Assembly (NCBI GenBank): GCA_038883715.1
Contig: JAVZLS010000003.1
Coordinates: forward strand, 1-64,000
DNA: 64,000 bases
From: Candidatus Bathyarchaeia archaeon
Lineage (GTDB): Archaea > Thermoproteota > Bathyarchaeia > Bathyarchaeales > Bathycorpusculaceae
Direction of reading: 5' to 3'
The position numbers and the translations under genes were made by a program. Within the stretch, counting starts at the first letter, position 1; each line of letters starts with the position of its first letter. The notes beneath the pieces were generated by a model. That model saw nothing but the letters and a program-made list of their open reading frames with translations, had not been told where the DNA came from and made no database searches. Shown in pieces: positions 38,528 through 48,312 of the stretch.

Positions 38528-40762
38528 ATGTCTAATGATAAGGTGGAAGTTATGATAAAGAAAATGCTCACAGTATTAATGTGTTTGCTAATTCTTTCAA
38601 TAACGCTAAGGTTTGCAAGCAGTTTTGATAGAGCAGTTGCGCAGTATTATCAATCAACAATTAATGGAAAGATAACAGTTTATCCAAGTGGAAAAGTTGC
38701 CCTAGCAGGCAATATGAGCCAAGTGCTGACAGGAATAAACCCAACTATTCACAGTGCTGTGCGGCTCTCCCAAAGCGGTGGAAAAGTCAAGGTTGAAGGG
38801 GAAACGTCGATGACAATACCATACGAAATGGAAAGCCAATTTCCATTTGAAACCATCGATATAAATTCTAATGCGCAATTTTCAAATGACCTATATAATT
38901 CATCCGCAACAATATCCTTTAGAGTTAAATCACAAATAGACTCGCAACTGAACGTTTCAGATTTTTCGGCTAATGGAAGATTCGACAACGGCAATTTTGT
39001 CGGATCCATCGCAGTTCATTTGATACCAGGCTCCTCGTTGGGACAAGTTGAAATGGATTTTTATGGAAACCAATCGTATATACACATTTCTGGCAACACT
39101 ACCGTGTATTACACCGGCGGCATCACACCCGACATGGTAAATGATGTTATCACATATTTGGAAGCAAACGTGACTGGGAGAGGCCCGTACTCGCTTTATA
39201 ATATGACGCTGGGAGCTTTTGAGTGCATAACTCTCGATATAACCAATTCGTCTTTACCAAATGGAGTTTTCGTTAGCTTTGAAGCGGCAATTGTCTCGTT
39301 GCAAGGAACCTTTTTTGATTCTACACTTTACTTGTTAACAGCATTTCTTACCAATGAGGTACCTTCTCCATACATGTATAGCACTGTCATCGTACCTCTA
39401 ATAGCGTGTGTGACTATTTTACCGCTGTCTATGATCTGCGAAACATCGACAAATGGGTCTTTCCAAGCAGTTTATGCTCATTCAACAAGACAATTTTCAA
39501 TGAGCACAAATATTGCTGCAAACTATGATGCAGTCATAGAAAGAATTATTGGGATTATTTCAGAGCTGAGCACTATTCCAAGCTTTCCACCAGAATTAGT
39601 TCTCTTGTTACCTCGCCTAGAAAACATTCTACGACAGGAATATTGCCATATCGAGTCTAGCACGGCTACATTCCATTACGCAAACAGCATCCTCAATTAT
39701 CAAGGAGTTGAATACATAGCCGGAGATTTAAACGCGGCTGTAAACCATGCAAAAGCAGAGTTGTTTGAATGGTTAAAAATCATATTCTTGCCAAACTGGA
39801 ACTGGCAACTTGACTATTTAAATCAGACAACAATAGACATTACATCCTTCAAATACGGATACGATATTGCAGGGAACCAGTTAATTATGCATTTTGAAAA
39901 CTTTGTCCTCCGGCCACCAGTGGACATTCAAACAGCAACGAGTTTCCAGTTAAAGAGATTCTTCAATCTTACCTACGGCATGCCTCCACCTCCGATTCAG
40001 TTTACTTTGACAATTGAGGGAGGAAGTAACGTAACTCATTATGTAACAATAACAAGGCCGACCAGCGTTCCCCCTCCCAGCAGCAGTTCACCTGATGGAA
40101 AATCAATGACGTGGAGCAATCCAATTATAAGCAGCCTTCAAGACTTGACTTTTAACGTAAACCACGACCCGACTGCTATAGGATTCTCGATTACTAATCC
40201 TGCAAGTCTAAGTGAAACTAATCCCTTCGTCTGCGATGCAACCGAACTGGTTTCTGTGGTAATATTTGTTAAGCAAGCATCTTGTTCGATGTCTATAGTT
40301 GTAAGAAACTTGACAGGCCCGCCCTCTGGCGGCGATGCCCCTCCCAGCGGCTTCAAATTTTTAGGAAAGTATGTTGAAATTGTATGCGAACCAAGCGATG
40401 TGTCTGTGCAAGCAATAATAAGATTTTGCTATACGGATGAGCAGCTCAAAGCTGCAAACATTGACGAAGCATCATTAAAAGTTTTTTACTGGAATACAGC
40501 CTCTAATCAATGGGAGGAATATCCATCAACAATTAATATGGCAGAAAATTATGTTGAAATTAACGTTACACACTTTAGCGTATGGGCTTTAATGGGACAA
40601 CCGCCAACTCCAATCTGGAGTCAACCTTGGTTCATCGCCACAATAGCAGCGATAATAATAACAGTAGCGGCTGTTGCCATTTTTGCTGCAAAACGTAGAA
40701 AACCAAAAGTTCTGGAAGCACCACCATTCACGCCGTCAACGTCCTCAACGGAAAACCAATAA
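38528..40762 (+). CDS. Large secreted surface glycoprotein with C-terminal TM anchor
   Basis: Signal peptide, many NxS/T, C-terminal domain YTDEQL...IDEASLKVFYWN...W...NYVEINVTHFSVWAL, TM followed by KRRK. Confidence 0.75.
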   Translation: MSNDKVEVMIKKMLTVLMCLLILSITLRFASSFDRAVAQYYQSTINGKITVYPSGKVALAGNMSQVLTGINPTIHSAVRLSQSGGKVKVEGETSMTIPYEMESQFPFETIDINSNAQFSNDLYNSSATISFRVKSQIDSQLNVSDFSANGRFDNGNFVGSIAVHLIPGSSLGQVEMDFYGNQSYIHISGNTTVYYTGGITPDMVNDVITYLEANVTGRGPYSLYNMTLGAFECITLDITNSSLPNGVFVSFEAAIVSLQGTFFDSTLYLLTAFLTNEVPSPYMYSTVIVPLIACVTILPLSMICETSTNGSFQAVYAHSTRQFSMSTNIAANYDAVIERIIGIISELSTIPSFPPELVLLLPRLENILRQEYCHIESSTATFHYANSILNYQGVEYIAGDLNAAVNHAKAELFEWLKIIFLPNWNWQLDYLNQTTIDITSFKYGYDIAGNQLIMHFENFVLRPPVDIQTATSFQLKRFFNLTYGMPPPPIQFTLTIEGGSNVTHYVTITRPTSVPPPSSSSPDGKSMTWSNPIISSLQDLTFNVNHDPTAIGFSITNPASLSETNPFVCDATELVSVVIFVKQASCSMSIVVRNLTGPPSGGDAPPSGFKFLGKYVEIVCEPSDVSVQAIIRFCYTDEQLKAANIDEASLKVFYWNTASNQWEEYPSTINMAENYVEINVTHFSVWALMGQPPTPIWSQPWFIATIAAIIITVAAVAIFAAKRRKPKVLEAPPFTPSTSSTENQ

Positions 40763-40810
40763 CCCGCTTTATTTAAAACATCCCTCTTTTAAATTTTAGA
40801 GACATTTAAT

Positions 40811-41129
40811 GGACTGGCGTGTTGGCTGTAACCCGCCTTCTGTTTTAAGTGGCATTCGGCTAATCGGGCTACCTGCGCTTCGGGTAGAGGCTTCATCAGC
40901 GCTTGTTTGCCCTTTCCACGTGCAGGACGGCCGTTTCACCGTTTCCACCCAGCATTCTCGACAACTTAGCATGCCTCATTGGCATCTGGTTGGGTGGACG
41001 TTTCGTTTCTGCTCCGTTGCCAAGGCTCTCGCCTTACGCCCTTGCGGGCGTTGCACTTCTACTTGTGGGCGGAGTTTCCTCAAGCCTCATGATGTCCGGC
41101 TCGAAAGCCACACGCCAACTCGCCAGCCC
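40811..41129 (-). ncRNA. rnpB: RNase P RNA
   Basis: Minus strand has CR-I GAGGAAACTCCGCCC and CR-V AACAGAAGGCGGGTTA; termini GGGCTGGCG / CGCCAGTCC pair as P1. Confidence 0.92.
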
Positions 41130-41210
41130 TAATATTTCATACATCATGCTGTGCAATAAAAGTTTTGGAAAACTTATTTCATTGTAAAACATTTATGCTG
41201 GTGATGACGG

Positions 41211-41810
41211 GTGTCTGCTTTGAATAAGCTTGTTATCTTAATCACTGGGACCCCTTGTGTTGGGAAAACTTCCGTGGCACGTTTGCTTGCCGTGAGGCTT
41301 AATGCTGTTTATGTGAACTTAACGGAATTTGCCACGAAAAATAACCTTGTTATAGGTGCGGATGAAAGGAGGGGCGGTTCTCTAATAGTTGATGAAAGAC
41401 GCTTAAAAAAGGCTGTAACTAGGCTGGTAGAAGAGGTGGGCGAACAAAGCGTTGTCATAGATGGGCATTACGCTGCAGATGTAATTCCGAAAAAGCTTGT
41501 AACACATGCTTTTGTTTTGCGACGTGACCCAGTTGAGCTGCGGAGTTTTATGGAAAAAGCTGGGTTTTCCGGAAATAAGTTATGGGAAAATTTGGCTTCT
41601 GAAATTCTGGATGTCTGCTTGGTCGACGCATTAAACGCGTATGGAAAAGAAAGGGTCTGCGAAATCAATGCTACCGGGAAAAGCGTTGAAGATACCGTTG
41701 AGGATATTCTGTCAATTTTAAATGGTTCCAAAAAGTGCCGTGTAGGCGTGGTTGATTGGCTTGGCAAGCTGGAAAGCGAAGGGTTACTAAACGAATATTT
41801 GAGGATTTAA
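41211..41810 (+). CDS. AK6/Fap7-type adenylate kinase / NTPase
   Basis: ITGTPCVGKT, IDGHYA, VLRRDP, KLWENLASEIL, VDWL. Confidence 0.88.
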   Translation: MSALNKLVILITGTPCVGKTSVARLLAVRLNAVYVNLTEFATKNNLVIGADERRGGSLIVDERRLKKAVTRLVEEVGEQSVVIDGHYAADVIPKKLVTHAFVLRRDPVELRSFMEKAGFSGNKLWENLASEILDVCLVDALNAYGKERVCEINATGKSVEDTVEDILSILNGSKKCRVGVVDWLGKLESEGLLNEYLRI

Positions 41811-41831
41811 GGAAAGCTTATTGCTTTGTCT

Positions 41832-42197
41832 TTATGCTTTTAGGCTCTGTAAAATCTGCCTTGTTGTTAAAATCATTATTTTTCTTCTATTTGCGTAAGC
41901 TTTCGCGTGATCGCTGAATTTTTCTCCGACTATGACGGGGTTGGACAGCCCCACCTCTTCTGAGGCTTTGTCAAGGTTTATTATGACGTTTATGCCTATC
42001 GTTCTTTTCCAGTCTTTTATCCAAACGCCTTGTATTAGGCGCCCCTTCTGAATTATTAGGTCAAAGTTTCGGGGTATCCCCCTGTAACCTTCAAGGCTGA
42101 CGTTCTCCTCCACCTTATAGCCTTTCTTTCTGAAGTATTGCATTACTGATTGTTTTAAGTCGGATGATTTTTCCGGCTTTGTCTCTTCACTGCCCAT
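41832..42197 (-). CDS. Mrr-like PD-(D/E)XK restriction-endonuclease-fold protein
   Basis: YFRKKGYKVEENV.LEG, FDLII, IKDWKRTIG, FSDHAKAYA. Confidence 0.7.
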   Translation of the reverse strand: MGSEETKPEKSSDLKQSVMQYFRKKGYKVEENVSLEGYRGIPRNFDLIIQKGRLIQGVWIKDWKRTIGINVIINLDKASEEVGLSNPVIVGEKFSDHAKAYANRRKIMILTTRQILQSLKA

Positions 42198-42262
42198 CGG
42201 AATCCTCTTGCATTAAGCGTTATTTACCAGTTTAGTGAAAAGGTTTTCGGAGCGAGCAAGCA

Positions 42263-42490
42263 TTGACAAACTACATAATTGTTGTCTGTAGTGAATGTGA
42301 AGGCTACCTTCTCGCTAAAGCAAGTCAAAAATCAAGAACTTGCCCTTACTGCGGGTCAAGAGTTTTGCTGGAAAAGGCTCGAAAGGTTGCCTCTGCCGAA
42401 AAAGCTGATGAAGCATCAATGATATTACGTAAGTTAAAGGAGAGAGCCGCCGAAAAACATGGGAAGGCTAGGCTTAACAGGCTATTTTAA
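42263..42490 (+). CDS. Small Zn-ribbon protein (DUF1922-like)
   Basis: CSECEG...KSRTCPYCG. Confidence 0.75.
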   Translation: MTNYIIVVCSECEGYLLAKASQKSRTCPYCGSRVLLEKARKVASAEKADEASMILRKLKERAAEKHGKARLNRLF

Positions 42491-43214
42491 GGAAAGCCAT
42501 TAATCCTATTCCAAGAAGGATTACAAAGAGTTGAATAACAGACTCGCCAGCATGTGACTTTTTGTGTAGTTCTGGCATAAGGTCCGTAGCCGCTATATAA
42601 ATGAAGCCGCCAGCAGCAAAAGGAACTAGCAGAGTTTCTATGCTTCTAAGGTAAGTCAGAAAATAAGTTGCCAACGCTCCCAGAATAGCTGTCACGGCTG
42701 AAATGAAATTGTAAGTTAATGCCTTTTTTCTGCTTAATCCTCCGTAGACCAGCACGCCAAAGTCGCCTATCTCTTGAGGGACCTCATGAAAGATTACAGC
42801 CAAAGTGGTGGCAAAACCTAGCTCAAAGCTAACCATAAAGGTTGCAGCTATGACCATTCCGTCAATAAAGTTATGAATTCCATCCCCGAGAAGATTTAGG
42901 TAAACGAAAGTGTGGGTTGGGCACTCTTTTTCGTGGCAGTGGCGCCAATAAAGGAACTTCTCTAACGCGAAAAATGAGATTATTCCGATTATAACGTACC
43001 AGAAGACGGTTGTTGCGTCATTTTCGGGTGTTAGGGATTCTGGAAGTAGATGGAGAAATGCTCCGCCTATAAGAGTGCCAGAGGCAAAGCCCACCAAAAC
43101 CATTGTTAGACGTTTTAGTTTATCCTCTTTTAATCCGATGAAAATTATTCCTATTAAGGCGATGAGACTTACGGCTGTCACTGATGCCAAAATTGCAATT
43201 AAATCGTTCATCAA
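42474..43214 (-). CDS. ZIP family metal transporter
   Basis: GAFLHLLPE, WRHCH, DGIHNFIDG, HEVPQEIGDFGVL, FIYIAATDLMPELH. Confidence 0.93.
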   Translation of the reverse strand: MMNDLIAILASVTAVSLIALIGIIFIGLKEDKLKRLTMVLVGFASGTLIGGAFLHLLPESLTPENDATTVFWYVIIGIISFFALEKFLYWRHCHEKECPTHTFVYLNLLGDGIHNFIDGMVIAATFMVSFELGFATTLAVIFHEVPQEIGDFGVLVYGGLSRKKALTYNFISAVTAILGALATYFLTYLRSIETLLVPFAAGGFIYIAATDLMPELHKKSHAGESVIQLFVILLGIGLMAFLKIAC

Positions 43215-43224
43215 TCCTCAATGG

Positions 43225-44208
43225 TTAAAGCCTAAACTTATTAGAGTATCGGTTTTCGCCCCTAACTTTCTGGAGCATTTCACAAGCCTTACACAATATT
43301 TGCGTTGTTGGCTCCCCACATTCGGCGCATTCCCTTAAAGTTTCTGCCTTTTCGATTTTTTGTATGGCTAGTCTAAGTTTTTCCGCCGCCTTGAAAATTG
43401 TGTATTTTATGCCAGCATGTTTTTCCTCCATCCTATTTAGAAAGTTTCGCACATCGTTCCTTAAGGCTTCTGGGGCGTAGGGACATGGAATACTTTGAAA
43501 CTTTATCTTTTGGATGTAGGCGTAGAGTGCCGTTTCCCTTTCCGGAATTTCACAGAAGGGCTTTACCCGTACCACAAGTTTTAGATGGGTTTCGTCCGTC
43601 ACTGGTTTTTCCCTCGCGATTCGATAAGGATCGCCATGAAGCATGTTAAGCAGAACTGTTTGGACTTCATCATCCAATGTGTGGGCTGTTGCAAGCTTGT
43701 CCGCATTAACCTTTCTCGCAATTATGTTTAATGCTTTCCTTCTCAAAACACCACAGTAAGCACACGGCGATAATTCGCCTTCATTTTTGCTTTTTAACCT
43801 TTTAACAATTTCATCAAGCGTAAAACCATAAAGCTCTTTAAAGGAAATTGTGTAATGTTCCACACCAAGTTTTCTGCAGTTTTCCCCGGCAATTTTTATC
43901 GCTTCGTCCCTGTATCCAGCAATTCCTTCATCCACAGAAACCGCAACAAGCGAAGCCTTCGGATAGCCTCGCTCTATTTTAGACAAAATGTGCAAGAGGC
44001 TCACGCTGTCCTTTCCGCCAGAAACAGCCACAGCTATTCTATCGTCAAACTCAAACATGCCATATTTAGCTATGGTGGCTCTAACTTTATTTTCAATTGA
44101 TTTAACGAAGCAGCCTTTACATAGCCTCTCTCCAGAGTATGGTCTAAAGAAAAAGGCTTCCTTTCGCTTGCAGATGCTACAGAGCGCTTCGTTGCCAGCA
44201 TTTTCCAC
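43225..44208 (-). CDS. ncsA: tRNA 2-thiolation protein (TtuA/NcsA/Ctu1 family); start uncertain
   Basis: N- and C-terminal Zn fingers, PP-loop SGGKDS, CAYCGVLRR, AHTLDD, CPY. Confidence 0.88.
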   Translation of the reverse strand: MENAGNEALCSICKRKEAFFFRPYSGERLCKGCFVKSIENKVRATIAKYGMFEFDDRIAVAVSGGKDSVSLLHILSKIERGYPKASLVAVSVDEGIAGYRDEAIKIAGENCRKLGVEHYTISFKELYGFTLDEIVKRLKSKNEGELSPCAYCGVLRRKALNIIARKVNADKLATAHTLDDEVQTVLLNMLHGDPYRIAREKPVTDETHLKLVVRVKPFCEIPERETALYAYIQKIKFQSIPCPYAPEALRNDVRNFLNRMEEKHAGIKYTIFKAAEKLRLAIQKIEKAETLRECAECGEPTTQILCKACEMLQKVRGENRYSNKFRL

Positions 44209-44321
44209 TTTAATCAGTCTTCCATGCATCGTGAAGTTGCTAAGGAAATACTTTTCAAGGCGAAATTTAACGCTTCTTGAACACAGAAGAGTTTTCAAGG
44301 GTAAAATGGAATATCTAATGG

Positions 44322-45038
44322 TTGGATGCCATGGCTAAGAAACCTTCAAGGCTTCCAGAGGCTCTGGAAGTCGTTTACAGCACAGAACGTTGGGCTTTGC
44401 TCAAGAAACTTAGGGCAAAGGCTTTGCAATTAATGGAGGCGCTTGCAAAGTTTAATATAGAAGCCATAACCCACGGCAGCATTGCGAGAGGAGATGTGAC
44501 AGAGAAAAGCGATGTTGACATTTTCACACCCCATCCACCATCATCCTTTCTAGTTGAAACAGCTCTTGAACAGGCGGGAATACCGATAAACAGGCGACTC
44601 GTTGTGCAAGCGACACCTGCATACGCAATGAAAGGCTACATCGAAATTGACGAAAGAACCAGTGTCTCGTTTCCATTAATGAATATGCGAAGGATTGAAA
44701 GGGAATTTTACAAGTTCGGTGGTGAAGCGACATTTGAAGTTTTGAAATCTGGAGCGCGGGTTGCCGGCGTGGATAAACGCCTAATGCTCATTGAGCCCAC
44801 TGAGAAAGGACATAAAGAAAGCGGGATAATTGGCCGAGAAGAACATGTTGCCAAAACGTTGAAAATTTCTGTAGAAACAGTTCTTGATAGGGTTCACGCC
44901 CTTCTGAGAAGGAACGATGTGGGCAGAACTGGTGTTTTTCTCCAAAAGGAGCTAGCTGAGGGCGAAACCTTCGAGTTAGCTTTGAAAAAATTGGCAGAAG
45001 AAAATCCAGCCATTCGAAGGAGACTAAAAACCGTTTAA
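44322..45038 (+). CDS. Pol-beta superfamily nucleotidyltransferase (archaeal)
   Basis: HGSIARGDV..SDVDIF, EREFYKFGG, RVAGVDKRLMLIEP, VGRTGVF. Confidence 0.85.
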   Translation: MDAMAKKPSRLPEALEVVYSTERWALLKKLRAKALQLMEALAKFNIEAITHGSIARGDVTEKSDVDIFTPHPPSSFLVETALEQAGIPINRRLVVQATPAYAMKGYIEIDERTSVSFPLMNMRRIEREFYKFGGEATFEVLKSGARVAGVDKRLMLIEPTEKGHKESGIIGREEHVAKTLKISVETVLDRVHALLRRNDVGRTGVFLQKELAEGETFELALKKLAEENPAIRRRLKTV

Positions 45039-46123
45039 GCCAACTGCATTGGCGGTGCAAACCTTAGAAGGGCAGCCACCCCGCCTAAAGCAACAAGTTT
45101 TGCTCCAGCCTCGTGTTCTGTGCTTATAACCATGACTTTTCCGCCTTTCTGCTCCACGTCCTTCATTAACTGCTCCAAGGATAAGCGCTCCTCATCCTCC
45201 GCCCTCCGCAATATTATGTCGGCCAAAACTAGTACACCAACAGCTCCATATTCCGAGACCTTCTGAACCTCGTCTAAACCGTAAACCACTGTTCGCTCGC
45301 CTTTGCCGAGCCTTTTCAGGATTTCCTCAACAACTTCGGTTTCCTCAGCGATTCTCAAATGCTTCATAGTCTTTGTTAGGACTCCTGAGCGGATAGCCTC
45401 ATAAATGCCTGCGACACCACTGTTGTTTACGCTTTTCACGTCGGCGACTGATTTGGCCATTTCTGGATCTTCTTTCTCCAAAAACTTTGCAAAGTCGTTT
45501 TTTATGAAACCTACGCCAATTATGGCGATTGGGCTGCGGGCTTCGCTCCATATTTGGCGCAAATTGTTGAACACGTTTTGGAAGAACTCTTTGACCGCCG
45601 CGCTTCTTTTTTCAGCCTCAAGTTTTCCCGGAAGCCTTGTCCGTTCCTCCACTTTTACTTCAACGCCATACTGAGTCGTTGTGGCTATTGCAAAGCCTTC
45701 ATCATCTATCGCCACAATTATTATGGGCTTTTCAGAAGTTTTCCTGGCTATCTCCAATCTTTCAAGATGGTGACTCGCCCACTCCTCCTTTACAATAGTT
45801 ACTGGCAAATTCAATGTAATATTCAACGTGTGATGTGCACCTGCTGGAATTATTTCTGGTGCATGGCATATTGTTCCATGAACCCTAAGTCTTCCGAGGA
45901 GCTTGTCCCAAGCAACCTTTTCCACCTTAACGCCCATGAAAACTGAAACCCTTTCGCCCCGCTTCCCCCTAGAATATTTCTCGTCCTGTTTTATCTCTCG
46001 TGATGTGTAGGCGTAAACCTCGTCGCCCACATAGATAATGTTGTAGAGATGCCACAGATCGTCAAGAGTTTCGGGAATAACCTTTACAAAGCCCTTTTTT
46101 AAGTTCATCTCCAGAATCTTCAA
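45035..46123 (-). CDS. pelA: mRNA surveillance protein Pelota
   Basis: PETLDDLWHLYNII, RLRVHG, GAHHTL, YGLDEV, STEHEAG..L.ALGGVAALLRF. Confidence 0.95.
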   Translation of the reverse strand: MKILEMNLKKGFVKVIPETLDDLWHLYNIIYVGDEVYAYTSREIKQDEKYSRGKRGERVSVFMGVKVEKVAWDKLLGRLRVHGTICHAPEIIPAGAHHTLNITLNLPVTIVKEEWASHHLERLEIARKTSEKPIIIVAIDDEGFAIATTTQYGVEVKVEERTRLPGKLEAEKRSAAVKEFFQNVFNNLRQIWSEARSPIAIIGVGFIKNDFAKFLEKEDPEMAKSVADVKSVNNSGVAGIYEAIRSGVLTKTMKHLRIAEETEVVEEILKRLGKGERTVVYGLDEVQKVSEYGAVGVLVLADIILRRAEDEERLSLEQLMKDVEQKGGKVMVISTEHEAGAKLVALGGVAALLRFAPPMQLA

Positions 46124-46153
46124 CAGATTTTCCTCTTCCGTTAGTCGCTTAAT

Positions 46154-46621
46154 TCAATACTTGCGGGTGTGGGGTCTTACAAGCTCTTCTAATATACTGA
46201 GCATGTCTGGAACCTTTGTCACAATGTCGGTAAAAGTGATAATGCCCACAAGCTCATCGTTATTTCTTGTAACAAGGAGCCGCTTAATGCCTTTTTTCGC
46301 CATCAGCTTGGCAGCCTCATTTATACTTGCATTCTCATCAATTGTTACCACGGGGCTTGTCATAATCTGCCTAGCCGTCAAAGTTTCCGGCGCCAAACAA
46401 GGCTCAACAATCCTCCTTAAAATATCCCGCTCAGTAATTATCCCGACCGGTCTATCGCCTTGAACAACCACAACAGAGCCTATATCAAACTTGTTCATTG
46501 TAGCAACAACCTCTTTAACACTCGAGTCGGGACGCACAACGCGAACGTTCTTTGACATGACATCCCTAACAAGAACAATTCCAGCCAAACCAGCAACCTC
46601 CAAACTATGGATACTGCCCAA
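46154..46621 (-). CDS. CBS-domain pair protein
   Basis: VRDVMS, IGSVVV...VGIITERD, IMTSPV, LVGIITFTD. Confidence 0.9.
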   Translation of the reverse strand: MGSIHSLEVAGLAGIVLVRDVMSKNVRVVRPDSSVKEVVATMNKFDIGSVVVVQGDRPVGIITERDILRRIVEPCLAPETLTARQIMTSPVVTIDENASINEAAKLMAKKGIKRLLVTRNNDELVGIITFTDIVTKVPDMLSILEELVRPHTRKY

Positions 46622-46681
46622 AGTATTAAACTATTCCTACAGCAAAATCCTTAATAAACGTCTTTGTAACGTTTACATCTT

Positions 46682-46759
46682 GGGCCGGTAGATCAGCTTG
46701 GAATGATCGCAGCGTTGGCATCGCTGAGGTCGCGGGTTCAAATCCCGCCCGGTCCACCA
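46682..46759 (+). tRNA. tRNA-Ala(GGC), CCA encoded, no intron
   Basis: GGGCCGG...CAGCG TT GGC AT CGCTG...GCGGG TTCAAAT CCCGC CCGGTCC A CCA; G3:U70 alanine identity pair. Confidence 0.96.
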
Positions 46760-46815
46760 TAATTTTCAAGATTTTAAAGGAAAATTTGGCTGAGTAACTT
46801 TTATATTCTTCTTGG

Positions 46816-48312
46816 ATGGATAATCCATCCAATAGAAAGGTGGAGGACTTGAAAGAAAAAAAGCTTGTAACGTTACTTGTAGTTGTTTGTTTTTGCACGG
46901 CATTGTATTGTCCGCAAGTAAAAATATGCGCCGCCCAAGGCTCCAGTTTTAAACTAGTGGATGTACTACTGGATTATGGAAATGGAACACGTACGTGGGC
47001 TTCATGCATACTGCAACCCGGTGCCGACACCGTATACAATGCAACACGACTGGTCGCATCATCTTTAAATGTCACATGGTATGATGGTTTAGCCTTCGTG
47101 GACGCCATAGATGGTGTTCGGAATAGTTATCCCTACTTTTGGATTTGGTGGTATTGGAACAGATCCGAATCCCAGTGGGTTATGGGACCGGTGGCATGTA
47201 ACCAGTATGTCCTTGAAGACTGCAACATAGTGGCATGGTACTATGAAGACTGTAGCAGTTGGCCTCCTAGCCCTCCGCCAGATCCTCCCGTGACAAAAGT
47301 TGATGTTTTACTAGATTACGGAAATGGAACCATAACTTGGTATGAAAATTTAGAAGTGCTTGGCTTCGCTTCGGTTTTGAAAGCTACAAAGGCCGTTGCC
47401 ACTGTGGAATATTCTTTGTGGGGCACCGACGTCTTTGTTGACGCCATAGACAACGTCTGGAATGACTACATCTCATTCGTCTACTTCTGGATTTACTGGT
47501 ACTGGAACCACTCGGCTAAGTGCTGGGAGGTAGGAGCTGTTGCATGCAACAAGCACCTGCTTTCTAGTGGGGACATCATAGCATGGTACTATGAAGACTG
47601 CACCACGTGGCCGTTGGCACCGCCAACTCTAACACCGCATCCTAAAGCCAGCTTCACATGGGCGCCCGATATTCCCAAGGTTGGCCAAACTGTAGCCTTT
47701 GACGCTTCAGCCTCAAAGCCTAACGGAGGCACTATAATTGACTATGCATGGAATTTTGGAGATGGAAGCGTAGCCCATGGCAAAATTGTTGCCCATACTT
47801 ACAATGGTCCAGGAACATATATTGTAACTCTAAATGTCACAGACAGCAACGGTCTATGGGACGTTGAACAGAAACAGATAATGGTGGTTCAGCCTTACGG
47901 TCCTAAAGCGAACTTTGAGGCTTTCCCGGAAATCGCAATGGTTGGAGAAAAAATAAAGTTTGATGCTTCAGCTTCCCTCTCGGGATGGAATGGAACACGC
48001 ACGATGCCGATAACAGAGTACCGCTGGAACTTCGGCGACGGAAACATAACAGTCACAAACCAGCCAATAGTATACCATAGCTATAGCGCGGCGGGAAACT
48101 ATTACGTAACATTGACCGTTTATGCACCCGGCGCAACCCCAGATACAGATTCTGCAACGGTGAAAGTAACAGTGTTCGCGGTGCCTGTTGGAGGCCAATC
48201 GGTTTCCGTGGAAACGCCTGCCGCAGAAAAAGGCCTAGCGGCTTATCTGGTTTTGGTGGCGGTTATTACTGCCACTTTTGCAGTTTTAAAGCGCAAGCCC
48301 ATAAGAAGATGA
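46816..48312 (+). CDS. Surface protein with 2x transcobalamin-C-like (DUF4430) and 2x PKD domains, C-terminal anchor
   Basis: Duplicated VDVLLDYGNGT...FVDAIDxV.N...W.W.YWN...VAC..Y.L...D.IAWYYE unit; two FDAS.S...Y.WNFGDG...H.Y...G.Y.VTL.V PKD repeats; PVGG + TM + KRK. Confidence 0.8.
   Translation: MDNPSNRKVEDLKEKKLVTLLVVVCFCTALYCPQVKICAAQGSSFKLVDVLLDYGNGTRTWASCILQPGADTVYNATRLVASSLNVTWYDGLAFVDAIDGVRNSYPYFWIWWYWNRSESQWVMGPVACNQYVLEDCNIVAWYYEDCSSWPPSPPPDPPVTKVDVLLDYGNGTITWYENLEVLGFASVLKATKAVATVEYSLWGTDVFVDAIDNVWNDYISFVYFWIYWYWNHSAKCWEVGAVACNKHLLSSGDIIAWYYEDCTTWPLAPPTLTPHPKASFTWAPDIPKVGQTVAFDASASKPNGGTIIDYAWNFGDGSVAHGKIVAHTYNGPGTYIVTLNVTDSNGLWDVEQKQIMVVQPYGPKANFEAFPEIAMVGEKIKFDASASLSGWNGTRTMPITEYRWNFGDGNITVTNQPIVYHSYSAAGNYYVTLTVYAPGATPDTDSATVKVTVFAVPVGGQSVSVETPAAEKGLAAYLVLVAVITATFAVLKRKPIRR

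Noticed and set aside
40809-41187. ORFs 40809..41132 and 40903..41187 (+)
   Set aside because: They are antisense to the RNase P RNA and have no protein-like features
22760-46759. Integrated element bounded by the two tRNAs
   Set aside because: No integrase, no duplicated tRNA 3' end (att site) seen, and core genes such as rnpB and pelota lie inside
46760-46815. Cobalamin riboswitch upstream of the DUF4430 operon
   Set aside because: Only about 55 nt of AT-rich sequence (terminator/TATA-like); no B12-box
46626-46898. 90-aa minus-strand ORF containing MVDRAGFEPATS
   Set aside because: Typical antisense translation of a tRNA (tRNA-Ala)
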